From: a virus
Taxonomy: Duplodnaviria > Caudoviricetes
Virus record (IMG/VR): IMGVR_UViG_3300022689_000334
Span: 1-60,400 of that record
DNA: 60,400 bases
Strand: one strand, 5' to 3'
Under the pieces are notes generated by a model that was not told the DNA's origin, made no database searches, and saw only the letters and a list, made by a program, of their open reading frames with translations. This document shows positions 49,640-59,052 of the stretch, piece by piece (positions within the stretch are counted from its first letter, which is position 1; every line of letters starts with the position of its first letter). The position numbers and the translations under genes are program-made.

Positions 49640-50054
49640 GACCCCGGACTGGGTAGGCTGGATGCAAGCTTACCTGGATCACGTTGACCGACAGATGAAC
49701 CGGACCCAGCGCCTGGTTTATGAAGAATGGCCGCACTACCGCCCCACCCCTGACAATTGGTTCAGGGTTGGCAACCTGCTAGCTACCCTGATTCTGTTTC
49801 TGGTAGAGGTGATGCCCATCTTGCTTTGGTATGGCTTCTTCAGGGATAAGGTCAAGAGAGCAGAGGCCCTGAGGCAGATTGACATAGAGCTGGAAACCCC
49901 GACCACGATTTACTACTTCACTCCCCAAGCTATGGTCGGGCAATGGCTCTACCAGAACGAACCTGCTGCGTGGTGTCTCTACAAGGCCCATGCAGATTTG
50001 CAGGGGGTCCAGCTGGCTGACCCCGTAGACAGACCCCGTAGAGAGGTCTCATGA
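49632..50054 (+). CDS. Hypothetical membrane protein
   Basis: One hydrophobic segment; GAGG RBS before MLKTPDW. Confidence 0.65.
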   Translation: MLKTPDWVGWMQAYLDHVDRQMNRTQRLVYEEWPHYRPTPDNWFRVGNLLATLILFLVEVMPILLWYGFFRDKVKRAEALRQIDIELETPTTIYYFTPQAMVGQWLYQNEPAAWCLYKAHADLQGVQLADPVDRPRREVS

Positions 50055-50401
50055 GTGAATTAGATTTCAACCCTTTCTTTGACGAACTAAATCGCCGAAA
50101 GTTGATTGCTCACCTGGAGAGAGTTATGCCCAGCTTTGTTGACTGGAGAGGCATTGAAGACGATCTGAATGCCCTGCAGGCGTTGACTGATGCTATGAAG
50201 CTGCAGGTGTCTCGTGCCCTGGATGAAACTGTTTCCCAAGCCTCAGCACTGTATGGGGGCTGGGAAAAATACGAGGATGCCCTTGCCTCTCTCAGCCTGG
50301 AGCAGCTGGAGCAGGAAATTAAGTATCGCAATGCCCTGACGGAACAAGCTCTAGTCGGTCTCACTTCAGCCAGAGTAAGGGGACAACTTGACCGGCGTTA
50401 A
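50051..50401 (+). CDS. Hypothetical protein
   Basis: ATGA coupling, GAGGT RBS. Confidence 0.7.
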   Translation: MSELDFNPFFDELNRRKLIAHLERVMPSFVDWRGIEDDLNALQALTDAMKLQVSRALDETVSQASALYGGWEKYEDALASLSLEQLEQEIKYRNALTEQALVGLTSARVRGQLDRR

Positions 50402-50690
50402 AGAGCTAAATGCTTTTTCCCTTGGAATTAAAGAGCTAAATGCTTTTTCCCGTTTTGCTCTCACATTATCCGCTTAAAGCATCCAAATAGAGAAAACCCC
50501 GAAAGCATGAAGCTTTCCGGGGTTTTCTCTCACACGAGCTATTTAAGAGGGGTTTTCCTCTCACACGAGCTACTTAAGAACAGGGTCAGACGATTTAACT
50601 AAGTTGGCCAAAATGTCCGTTCTTGTCAACTAAAATAGATCCCCAAAACGACGAAACCCCGGAAGCGCAAGGCTTGCCGGGGTTCCGTTT
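50398..50690. repeat. Non-coding block of direct and inverted repeats
   Basis: 24-bp direct repeat at 50398/50428; about 30-bp direct repeat at 50519/50549; hairpins at about 50489-50530 and 50647-50690. Confidence 0.75.
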
Positions 50691-50714
50691 GTAAACACAA
50701 AACACCACAGAGTG

Positions 50715-50845
50715 CCACCGTATGGAGGGTTTTCTGTGAGGTGTAACACTGGTTTGGGCACCACCCCTCTGCCAGATGACTCAACTCTAACAGAACTGCC
50801 CGAACCCTGCAATACGGCAAACCACCTAATCCCCCCATAGCCTGA
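50715..50845 (+). ncRNA. Candidate 6S-like RNA
   Basis: ORF-free stretch that folds by eye into a rod: closing stem, central bubble, GGUUUGGGCA/UGCCCGAACC stem and apical stem-loop. Confidence 0.45.
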
Positions 50846-50973
50846 CTTAGAGGGATGGCTTAATACCTGGCTTAAATTTTCAAAATACCCTTGCGACTTT
50901 GGCCGAAGTACCTTACACTTATTAACAAGTAAATACAAAACACCATTACAGGCCCACAGCGAGGTAACACACT

Positions 50974-52320
50974 ATGACGTACTCAACACTCAACCGACAA
51001 CTTCAGGGATTCGGGATTAGCACAGAAGTTTTCTTGATGGACTTTGTCCTACAGGCTGGTCGCAATGAAGCCAGTCTGCCAGCCAAGATCTTGCAGAAGG
51101 AAGGACTAGACCTGAGCGATGAAGGGGTTACTTCTTCCTCAGTTGCCAAGGAACTGTTTCAAGCCACCTATCAGGGTGAGCTGGTGACGGTGCTTGACCA
51201 GAATGGCGAGGAAGTGCAATTGGTTAAGCCGGGGGAAACCGTGACTCTGTCTTGGGCGCGGAACAAGCTGGCCAACCTCGTTCAGTGGATTCAGGAATTA
51301 GGAGAGCACCTGAGCCGTAAAGAGGGCTGGATGTTCTCGCGGGAGGACTTACCTGAGGTTATGCGTAGGGTAGAGTTCATCCAGAACCGGCGCGATCAGG
51401 TCTTGCAAATCCTGATTGAGGTTCACGCTGAGGCTGAGGAAGCCTGGTACAGCCGGGTTGATCGCATCACGGCCAAACTGCAACGGGTGCTGGAATCCGA
51501 GATTGCTGCAGCTCAGGCCAAGGTAGACCAGGCCCAGGCGCACACCGGGGGAGTTCAGGAGGTTGATCAGAAGCGCCTCCGGAACCTGCAAAAGGAACTG
51601 GAGAAACTGCCTCAACTCACCGCAAAGCTACGGGATAAGTTCCCCTCCGTGAGCGAGTTACGGGATGGGTTTATCTTTAGCAACACCACCCCCAAAGAGA
51701 TGCCCTCCATCCTGGCCAACCTGCAGGGGAACGCCCAGGCCATGGACGCTATCGTTCAGGCTGAGACTGCCGAGCAGGGACAAGCCTATGCCCAGGCTCT
51801 CCGCAACGGAATTTCCCTCATGGGTGAAACCATCCGGGAAAAGGTTCAGGACTTGAGCGATGCGTTCTACGGCCATATTGCTGACTCCCTGGCTCTGCTG
51901 GAAGACCTGGGGCCGAACAAGAAGTTTGGAACTAAGGTGTCTGGTCAAATCGAGGGACACATCCAACGAATCGGGGTCCTGTACCGTCTTCTCCGGGGCT
52001 TTGAGGCCCTGAACGAGGGTAACGGTATTGACCAGTCTGAACTCATGGTCAAGCTGGAAGAGTTTAGGAACGCCTTTGCAGAGGATGCTAAGCAGGATAA
52101 GAACCGCTGTGTAGGCAATGGTCGGGATGCGCTCATTTCTCGTCTACAAGCCTTCCGCAAAGATCTGCAGCAGGTTACCCTGATAGCCGAGATTGAGGAC
52201 CTGGGATTGGGCGGTGAACGGTTCATTGAGTGGCTGGATGTGCCGCCCGAGGAAGTCATTGCCGAGGCACCCATCACCCGCCAGGGGGCTGATGTGAGCG
52301 AACTGGCTGTAATGCTCTAA
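50974..52320 (+). CDS. Coiled-coil protein, DUF3150-like, with C-terminal AVML
   Basis: GWMFS...helical run...FPSVSELRDGFIF; family call tentative. Confidence 0.55.
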   Translation: MTYSTLNRQLQGFGISTEVFLMDFVLQAGRNEASLPAKILQKEGLDLSDEGVTSSSVAKELFQATYQGELVTVLDQNGEEVQLVKPGETVTLSWARNKLANLVQWIQELGEHLSRKEGWMFSREDLPEVMRRVEFIQNRRDQVLQILIEVHAEAEEAWYSRVDRITAKLQRVLESEIAAAQAKVDQAQAHTGGVQEVDQKRLRNLQKELEKLPQLTAKLRDKFPSVSELRDGFIFSNTTPKEMPSILANLQGNAQAMDAIVQAETAEQGQAYAQALRNGISLMGETIREKVQDLSDAFYGHIADSLALLEDLGPNKKFGTKVSGQIEGHIQRIGVLYRLLRGFEALNEGNGIDQSELMVKLEEFRNAFAEDAKQDKNRCVGNGRDALISRLQAFRKDLQQVTLIAEIEDLGLGGERFIEWLDVPPEEVIAEAPITRQGADVSELAVML

Positions 52321-52408
52321 TTCACACCGCAGGGAGGTGGTTGACAGGCCCCTCCCTGTCCCCTAAAATTATTAACAGGTAAATACAAAACACCGGAGGC
52401 TTAAGCCA

Positions 52409-53050
52409 GTGAAGCAAACGATTTACGTTTCCCTCTGCCAGGAAGATCAGGACGTTGATTTTCAGGTACTAAACATCCCGGTTCCTGAGGGTGACCCGGA
52501 TGGCGATGAAGGATACTTCTTTGGCAACTGTGTCCCTGCTGAAGTTTCTATTCGGGATGCGGTTGAAAAGGCGGTCAGAGAGGCCATGCAAAAGGGACAC
52601 CAGGTCTTAGACCTAAGCCCTGCCCAGGCGCGGGAACGGTTTAATTTGGCGTCCTATGGGGAAGAAGACTTTGACAACTTTGAGGTAGAGCTACCTGACC
52701 CTGACCTGAAGCCTTTACCGGGGGAGTCTCCGATTCAGGCCCTAGCGCGATTGGCTCTCCAGATCTCTGGCAGTGCCTCAGAACTGAAGACCGTCGCTGA
52801 ACGGCTGGCCCTGCCCTCCTATGTGCAATTTGACCTGGAGGGTCCCCAGCAACGCCTGAGGGGAGTTGAACTGCCTGACCCTGACACCCTGGACAAGCTA
52901 AGTAAGCTACCCATTAACATCCTGGAACTGCTCCGAGCGTTTGAAGCGTTAGCCACTGACATCCTGCTGGAGCAAGCTGCCCAGGGGGATGAGGGCATGG
53001 GCAACGCTGAGTTTGTGCAATTCCTGGAGGGGGAAAATCCTGATGAGTGA
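52409..53050 (+). CDS. Hypothetical acidic protein
   Basis: TTGACA promoter, leader motif and GGAGG RBS. Confidence 0.7.
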   Translation: MKQTIYVSLCQEDQDVDFQVLNIPVPEGDPDGDEGYFFGNCVPAEVSIRDAVEKAVREAMQKGHQVLDLSPAQARERFNLASYGEEDFDNFEVELPDPDLKPLPGESPIQALARLALQISGSASELKTVAERLALPSYVQFDLEGPQQRLRGVELPDPDTLDKLSKLPINILELLRAFEALATDILLEQAAQGDEGMGNAEFVQFLEGENPDE

Positions 53051-53657
53051 TCTGGGAGATGCCATCAAGCAAAACCTGGGGGCCGGGGAAGACGCAACCA
53101 TCCAGGTCACCCCTGATGCCCTGGTTATCACCCCGGCCCCCATTGACCCGGAGGGGGAGGGGTTCACCTGGAACGGGGTTACCTATCGCCCCGGCGACTG
53201 GGTGCGCCATCGTCGGCCCCATGAGAACGACTGGGGCGTAGCCTTCCAGTTGGCTACCTGCAAGATTGCTGCAACCTTTGACCGGGGGAACCCGGATGTC
53301 AATTTCTCATGCCGGTTCCCGATGGGCTTAGGCACTATGCGCTACGGCGATCAGGTCAAGTTTGCCACCTGGCAGGATTATGATGCGCTCATGTCTCGGG
53401 CGCTAGAAGCTCATCCCCTGGCCTTCAACCCTGGACCCCAGCTAGGGGGGAGAACCAAGAAGAACGACTACAACCGCCTGGGAGAGCTATACACAGACAC
53501 CCCGATAGGGGCTATTGACTGGGCAACCTGGAAGCGTTGTGACAAGGCTCAGAACGGTGAATACTTCAAGGTTGTGATGTGTAATGCCGTCCTGAACGAT
53601 CTGGAGAAAGCCCGTGAGTTGAGCCAATGGTTGAGGGGGCGTAACGATGGCCTCTAA
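53043..53657 (+). CDS. Hypothetical protein
   Basis: GGAGG RBS before MSDLGD. Confidence 0.7.
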   Translation: MSDLGDAIKQNLGAGEDATIQVTPDALVITPAPIDPEGEGFTWNGVTYRPGDWVRHRRPHENDWGVAFQLATCKIAATFDRGNPDVNFSCRFPMGLGTMRYGDQVKFATWQDYDALMSRALEAHPLAFNPGPQLGGRTKKNDYNRLGELYTDTPIGAIDWATWKRCDKAQNGEYFKVVMCNAVLNDLEKARELSQWLRGRNDGL

Positions 53658-53985
53658 CTTGCTGTGGGACATGCTCAACCTGGCCATCCCTTTGCACATG
53701 GCTCGACTGAAAGAACAGGGTGGGCCCACAGACGCAGACTTAGAGACTTTGGCCGAAGCGCAGTCTGTCTTAGAACGGGCTGACTCCGTGTTGTTGTTTC
53801 ATACCCAACAAGCCAGACCAGGGGAGGTTGCTGATGCCTTTAATCTCACAGCTCGGGCCTATGCCATCCTGTCGTTCTGTCCTGGAGGGGTGACCTTTGG
53901 CGGGGTTAACTACAGTGCAGAGCAGTTCAGGCAAGCACTAGACGAAATAGACAGATCTTACGAGGTGGATAACTCAGATGGGTAA
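53647..53985 (+). CDS. Hypothetical protein
   Basis: Overlapping operon arrangement; LSFCPGGVTFGG motif. Confidence 0.7.
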   Translation: MASNLLWDMLNLAIPLHMARLKEQGGPTDADLETLAEAQSVLERADSVLLFHTQQARPGEVADAFNLTARAYAILSFCPGGVTFGGVNYSAEQFRQALDEIDRSYEVDNSDG

Positions 53986-55063
53986 GAGCACAATCCAGTG
54001 GACGGACAACACGATTAATCCAGTCCGCCCGAAAGAAGACCCGGATGTTCCGGGTATCTATGGCTGGTTCTGTCAAAAGGTTTCTGGGGACCCGGCCTGT
54101 GCAAACTGTTACTCAGAGGACTTGAACTTAAGTTCCCGCATGGGAGGCAACCTGAGACCTTTTCAGGGGCAACCGCCTGAGATGGAGCTGGTCACGACCC
54201 GGCTGGACGAGTTCCTGAGGAAGACTAAGGCTGAGATCTGGTTTTGGGGGAGTATGACAGATCTGTTTGGGGCCTGGGTGCCTGACGCCTGGCTCATGGA
54301 TATCCTGGATACGGCCTACGCCAAACCAGAAATGAGAAGCCTGTTTCTGACCAAACGTATTGACCGGGCCTATTTCATCATCAAGCGTTGGCTCAAGCGT
54401 AAGGGTCTGGAGCAACTGCCCCTGCACATAGGGATAGGAACCACGATAGGCAACCAGCGTTGGGCCAATGAACGTTTACCCTGGCTGGTCTCCATCCCGG
54501 CAGAGTTCCGGTTTGTCAGTGCTGAACCCCTAATCACTGGGGAACGCACGTTGCAGATGCCCCGATATTTTCCGATGCCCCGAGCCTTGCATGAGACCCT
54601 GGGATTGACAAAGGCAGTCACAGAGTCCAGCATTGAGGTCTTTCCTCGCCATTCCCCGGTCATCCACTGGGTAATGATGGGCGGTGAGTCAGGCAGTATC
54701 AAAAAAGTTCGGCCCTTCTTCCTGGGGCCTGCAGAGGACTTTGCTAAGCGTCTGTCTGAGACCGGGGCAAAGGTGCTCTGGAAACAACTGGGGCGATACC
54801 CCATCATCCCCAGCCTTGACCGAGACCCGGAAATCCGGACCGGATGGGACTTGGTTGAGTACATGCAGGAATGGCCAGATGGAACCACCTTCGGCAACCG
54901 GAAGACGGGGGCTTACTACCGTCCCCGGTTCAATGGCCGTCAGGTGATTCTCAAGCACAAGAAAGGCGGGGACTGGGATGAATGGGCACCCCGCTACCGA
55001 GTAAGAGAGTTCCCGTTTGACCTGGCCAGCTTAGCTGAGGCAAGGGGAGGGGTAGCAGTTTGA
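53978..55063 (+). CDS. DUF5131 (phage Gp37/Gp68) family protein
   Basis: STIQWTD.T.NP, C.KVS..CANCY, SMTDLFG, LTKR, FVSAEPL, WVMMGGESG, WKQLG, KKGGD..EW...VREFP. Confidence 0.9.
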   Translation: MGKSTIQWTDNTINPVRPKEDPDVPGIYGWFCQKVSGDPACANCYSEDLNLSSRMGGNLRPFQGQPPEMELVTTRLDEFLRKTKAEIWFWGSMTDLFGAWVPDAWLMDILDTAYAKPEMRSLFLTKRIDRAYFIIKRWLKRKGLEQLPLHIGIGTTIGNQRWANERLPWLVSIPAEFRFVSAEPLITGERTLQMPRYFPMPRALHETLGLTKAVTESSIEVFPRHSPVIHWVMMGGESGSIKKVRPFFLGPAEDFAKRLSETGAKVLWKQLGRYPIIPSLDRDPEIRTGWDLVEYMQEWPDGTTFGNRKTGAYYRPRFNGRQVILKHKKGGDWDEWAPRYRVREFPFDLASLAEARGGVAV

Positions 55064-55686
55064 TACAGGGTTCACATCACCCTGCACACATCCCTGAGTC
55101 GTTACGACAACTTAGGGATGTTCCGTTGGCCCCGATACAACCCCTCCGTGATCGCAGGGGGATGGGTCGATATGCCTGGTGCATGGGCGGGATAAAGTCC
55201 CGACATTGGCGATATACCGAATGGGGAGACCTGCAGGGACATCCCGTCTGCCCAGAATGCGCCCTGATCGTCATGCAACGGGCTGGGCTGGGTAGACGGT
55301 TCCCCTATAAGACCGAGATCAAGCCTGAGCTGGGCGGGGTGGCCAATGGCAGGCCCAGGCGGATCATGGCAGGGTACCGGATTAAGCCGGGGCCAAGACC
55401 CGCAAGAACCAAGCGTAAATCCCTGAGGGACAAACGGAGACAGGCCGTAGCTCAGGCCCTCATGACTGGCCCCAAGACCCGCAGACAGTTACTTGCCCTG
55501 ACCTACCCGGATGGGTCGCCCGTCTTCAAGACCCTGAATGCGCTCAGCACTTTTCTCAGTAAGCACATGCGTGAAGACCTGACTGGCCTTAGGTTAAGAG
55601 GGAGGGGGGCAAACAAAATTGAGTTAACAACTTTGGCCAAAGTAAAGTGGGGAAATAAATTTAAGCCACCCCTTGACATCCCATAA
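55060..55686 (+). CDS. Basic hypothetical protein (CPEC motif, possible C-terminal winged helix)
   Basis: Coupled to the DUF5131 gene, GGAGG RBS. Confidence 0.55.
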   Translation: MIQGSHHPAHIPESLRQLRDVPLAPIQPLRDRRGMGRYAWCMGGIKSRHWRYTEWGDLQGHPVCPECALIVMQRAGLGRRFPYKTEIKPELGGVANGRPRRIMAGYRIKPGPRPARTKRKSLRDKRRQAVAQALMTGPKTRRQLLALTYPDGSPVFKTLNALSTFLSKHMREDLTGLRLRGRGANKIELTTLAKVKWGNKFKPPLDIP

Positions 55687-55761
55687 GCCAGACCCTATCA
55701 TTAAGTTATTAACGGGTAAACACAAACACCCAAAAAAACACACGCTATCGCAGAGGACTGT

Positions 55762-56397
55762 ATGTCGCATTTCACCACTCTTAAAGGCAAGTTTGCATCT
55801 GTTCGACAGATGATTGATGCCCTGCAATTTATGGGCGTTCCCCTGAACGAAATCCTGATTGACAAGGCCCTGGGAGTCTTTGAGGGTACCCAGCAAATGG
55901 ATGCCCCCCGCAAGACCGTATCTTCCCGGTTCAGGAACACTCGCAGCGAACAACCCTGTCAGATCATCGTGACCGAAAAGGGAATGAAGGCCATGGCTGA
56001 AGCTGCTGAAGCCAAGCAGAATTGCGGCTACAGCATGAGAAAGAGTGAAGGCAACATCGGTATCTTCAAGGATCAAGATGCTGAGTTTGGCTTCTATGAC
56101 TGTGGCTGTGAGGAAAATCCCGGCTTTGTGCCAGCAACGGACCCCTATGTATCGGGTGAAGAAATGGTCGGTTACTTCACCGCCTGCTACGAAATCATGG
56201 GCCTCCGGGGGAACAAAGACCTGGAGGTGAGCCAGATTGCTCGGGATGAAGACGGTAACTTCATCCTTCAGGTTCGCAAACCTCAGAAGCAAGGCAAGTT
56301 TGCTGCACTGGGCAGTGCATTTGGCGGCCTGGGTGGCGGCAGCGGCCTGGGCAGTGGCAAGCGTCGTCGGGGAGTTCTCGGCCTCGGTTCTCGTTAA
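55762..56397 (+). CDS. DUF1257 / Ycf35-like protein
   Basis: MSHFTTLK...ALQFMG start, IGIFKDQDAEF, EDGNFILQV. Confidence 0.75.
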   Translation: MSHFTTLKGKFASVRQMIDALQFMGVPLNEILIDKALGVFEGTQQMDAPRKTVSSRFRNTRSEQPCQIIVTEKGMKAMAEAAEAKQNCGYSMRKSEGNIGIFKDQDAEFGFYDCGCEENPGFVPATDPYVSGEEMVGYFTACYEIMGLRGNKDLEVSQIARDEDGNFILQVRKPQKQGKFAALGSAFGGLGGGSGLGSGKRRRGVLGLGSR

Positions 56398-56453
56398 CCC
56401 CTAATCCGTTTCAATTTCCTACTTCTAAACCTTCATTTTTTAGGACTGAACCC

Positions 56454-56753
56454 ATGCGATTTAACCTGAACTTCTCCCTTCCCAAATTCCTTAAGGACTG
56501 GAATGCTAGAGCCTTTGCCCCTCGTGAGGATGACGAACTGTACGCCAACCTAGTCATTAGCCCTAAGACCGGGGAAATGACCATTGACGTAAAGAACGGT
56601 GACGGCACCAACTGTCAGGAATTGACAGCAGAGATTGAGAAATCCCGAGGTGGTGCAGATAGCAAGGAATTCAAGCCCGAGTTCCGTCGCACTCAGATCG
56701 GCACTGAACAGCACAAGACCCGGTCTACCGGTCGCAACACGCTGAGTCACTAG
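56454..56753 (+). CDS. DUF2997-family protein
   Basis: ISPKTGEMTIDVKNGDGTNCQELTAEIEKSRG...KPEF. Confidence 0.7.
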   Translation: MRFNLNFSLPKFLKDWNARAFAPREDDELYANLVISPKTGEMTIDVKNGDGTNCQELTAEIEKSRGGADSKEFKPEFRRTQIGTEQHKTRSTGRNTLSH

Positions 56754-56913
56754 GCTCACCCTGGGGCGGCTTAAGCTCTAACCCTGACCCTGCTTAAGCC
56801 GCCAAATTTATTGAAAATATTGTTGACACCTGATATTTTTTTCGTTAAAGTTGTAAACAGGTAAAGACAAAACACCTAACACACCACACCACGACACCGA
56901 GAGGAATTTTCCA

Positions 56914-59052
56914 ATGGCTCAAGTAACCACCAAAACAACTGCTTCCAAGACCCGCAAAGTTCGGGCACCTCACAGGACCAACGCTGACTTGATGGCTGAG
57001 ATCAGCGCCAAGTTTGGTTCTGCCACCTCCATCATTTCCGTCACCTTCCAGGACAGCCAAGAACAGACTGTTCTGCATGACCTGGCTTCCCTGACCTGTC
57101 CCCGGTTCAATAAGTATCGGAATAAGGGACTATCTGACGCTAAGGCTACTGAACGGGCGCAGGCGCTCATCACCGGCTACGGTAGTGACTACCAACTTCC
57201 CGAACAGTCGTTCATCCAGGACGTGCTCAAGAAAGGTGAAGTCGGTATGAGTATTGACTTCGGTATCTATACCTTTGACACTGGTCGGGGAATTTGCCGC
57301 GGCGTAGTCATCGGGGGTCGCCTGGAGTTCCTTACCCTTCAGGAAGTCGGCACTCGCCTGGAGCGGGTGATGAGCGCTAAGAAACGCGCTGCTAACATAG
57401 CCACCTCCAGCACCATCAATACCCAGCAGCTTGATGCTCTGGCCAGTGAATTCAACCTGCAGAATAAGACCCCTGAGGAAATCGTTAACTTCCTGCAACT
57501 GCATGGGGAAGTGCTGACCAACGCTTTCAACTCCATGGCAGGGCTGGAGATTGACAAGAACAAAATGAATGAGGCTCAGCTTCTGGCTACTTTCCTGGAC
57601 TGGCTCGGGCCTGAAGGGGATGCTGGTAACGGGGTTTTCGTTGCCCTGGACTTTCACAACGTCATTCAGCACAATGACCGTTTCGTGTCTGAAATCCAGC
57701 GTCGCATTAAGAACCTGGCTCATTACCTGCCTCGGGTTCACCGTCGCCTCATCCTGGCCGGTTCCCGCATGGATCTCACCAGCGCAGTGGGCGAGGGTCT
57801 GGTTCCTCATCTGGAGCTAAAGCTTCCCCAGCAGGAAGAACTTGCCTTTCGCATTGACCGTAAGCTGGAGTCCATCAAGGTCAGCGTCAGAGAGCGCAAG
57901 GTGATAGACACCCTAAGCCCTGAAGAGCGCACCTTGCTTCACAGAGCAGCGCAGGGTCTTCCCGTCGAGGAAGTTGAAACGGTGTTGCTTGAGAACACGA
58001 TTGGTTGCGCCGTAGGGACTGAGAACCCTGTCGTGATTGACAGTCGGTTGATTGAGGCCATGAATGCGGCCAAGATTGCCAAGCTCAAGAAGTACAAGGT
58101 TGAACTGGCCCCGGCCCCGGATGTTCCCGCTGGTGGGATGCCTAACCTCAAGGTTCTGCTCAACCGGTCAAAGCGTCGGTTCTGGGCCGTTGAGAATCAG
58201 GCTGAACAACCTACCGGCCTGAAGCTCAAGTTGCCTAACGGCATCCTGATTACCGGGATTACCGGATGTGGTAAGAGCTTGATTGCCAAGACTGTGGCCA
58301 AAGAGTGGGGAGTTCCCCTGATTAAGCTCAGCATTGGCGGTCTCTACAGCAAGTTCGTTGGAGAAACTGACGAACGGTTCCGCAAGGTTCGCGAACTCAT
58401 CAATGCCTGTGCCCCTGCTGTGGTCCTGATTGATGAGATTGACAAGGGCCTAGGTGCTGCTGCCTCTGGACACTCCGGGGACTCTGGCACCAGTGATCGC
58501 CTGATCGGTGACTTCCTTACCTGGATGCAAGACCGTGAGGCCAACATCTTCTTCATTGCCACTGCCAATGACATCTCTGCCATACAGCAACATAAGCCGG
58601 AACTACTCCGCAAAGAGCGCTGGGATCACATCGTTTTCGTTGACCTGCCCAATGCTCAAGAACGGGAAGAGATCTTGGCCACCCACCTGCTGGATATTCA
58701 CTACGGGGATGAGAGCAAGGTGTTTACCGGGGATGAGATGGCCCAGGCCGTTGCAGCTACGGCCAGCTTCGTCGGGGCTGAGCTAGCCAGTGCGGTCGGT
58801 GCTGCTGCTGACTTTGCTCTGGATGCTGGACGACAGTTCATCTCCCTGGATGACTTCCTGCAAGCCGCAGGGGAGATCAAGCCCATCGCAGTATCCACTA
58901 AAACAACCGTGGATCGCCTCCGGGGCTGGGCGGCTAAGAATGCCGTCCGTGCCAACGGTGACCCTGACCCTGAGACTACCGGTCAGGCCACCACTCCTAC
59001 CCGACGCAGCGAGGTAGAAACCCCTTCCGCTGACAAGGCCGTTATGTTGTAA
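56914..59052 (+). CDS. Ycf46-like AAA+ ATPase with C-terminal DKAVML
   Basis: GGMPNLK, GILITGITGCGKSLIAK, IDEIDKG, DSGTSDRLIGDFLTWMQ, ATAND, PELLRKERWD..FVDLP, LRGWA. Confidence 0.9.
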   Translation: MAQVTTKTTASKTRKVRAPHRTNADLMAEISAKFGSATSIISVTFQDSQEQTVLHDLASLTCPRFNKYRNKGLSDAKATERAQALITGYGSDYQLPEQSFIQDVLKKGEVGMSIDFGIYTFDTGRGICRGVVIGGRLEFLTLQEVGTRLERVMSAKKRAANIATSSTINTQQLDALASEFNLQNKTPEEIVNFLQLHGEVLTNAFNSMAGLEIDKNKMNEAQLLATFLDWLGPEGDAGNGVFVALDFHNVIQHNDRFVSEIQRRIKNLAHYLPRVHRRLILAGSRMDLTSAVGEGLVPHLELKLPQQEELAFRIDRKLESIKVSVRERKVIDTLSPEERTLLHRAAQGLPVEEVETVLLENTIGCAVGTENPVVIDSRLIEAMNAAKIAKLKKYKVELAPAPDVPAGGMPNLKVLLNRSKRRFWAVENQAEQPTGLKLKLPNGILITGITGCGKSLIAKTVAKEWGVPLIKLSIGGLYSKFVGETDERFRKVRELINACAPAVVLIDEIDKGLGAAASGHSGDSGTSDRLIGDFLTWMQDREANIFFIATANDISAIQQHKPELLRKERWDHIVFVDLPNAQEREEILATHLLDIHYGDESKVFTGDEMAQAVAATASFVGAELASAVGAAADFALDAGRQFISLDDFLQAAGEIKPIAVSTKTTVDRLRGWAAKNAVRANGDPDPETTGQATTPTRRSEVETPSADKAVML

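Noticed and set aside
50398-50579. CRISPR mini-array
   Set aside because: Only two copies of each repeat, separated by 0-6 nt; no spacer-length unique sequences and no cas genes.
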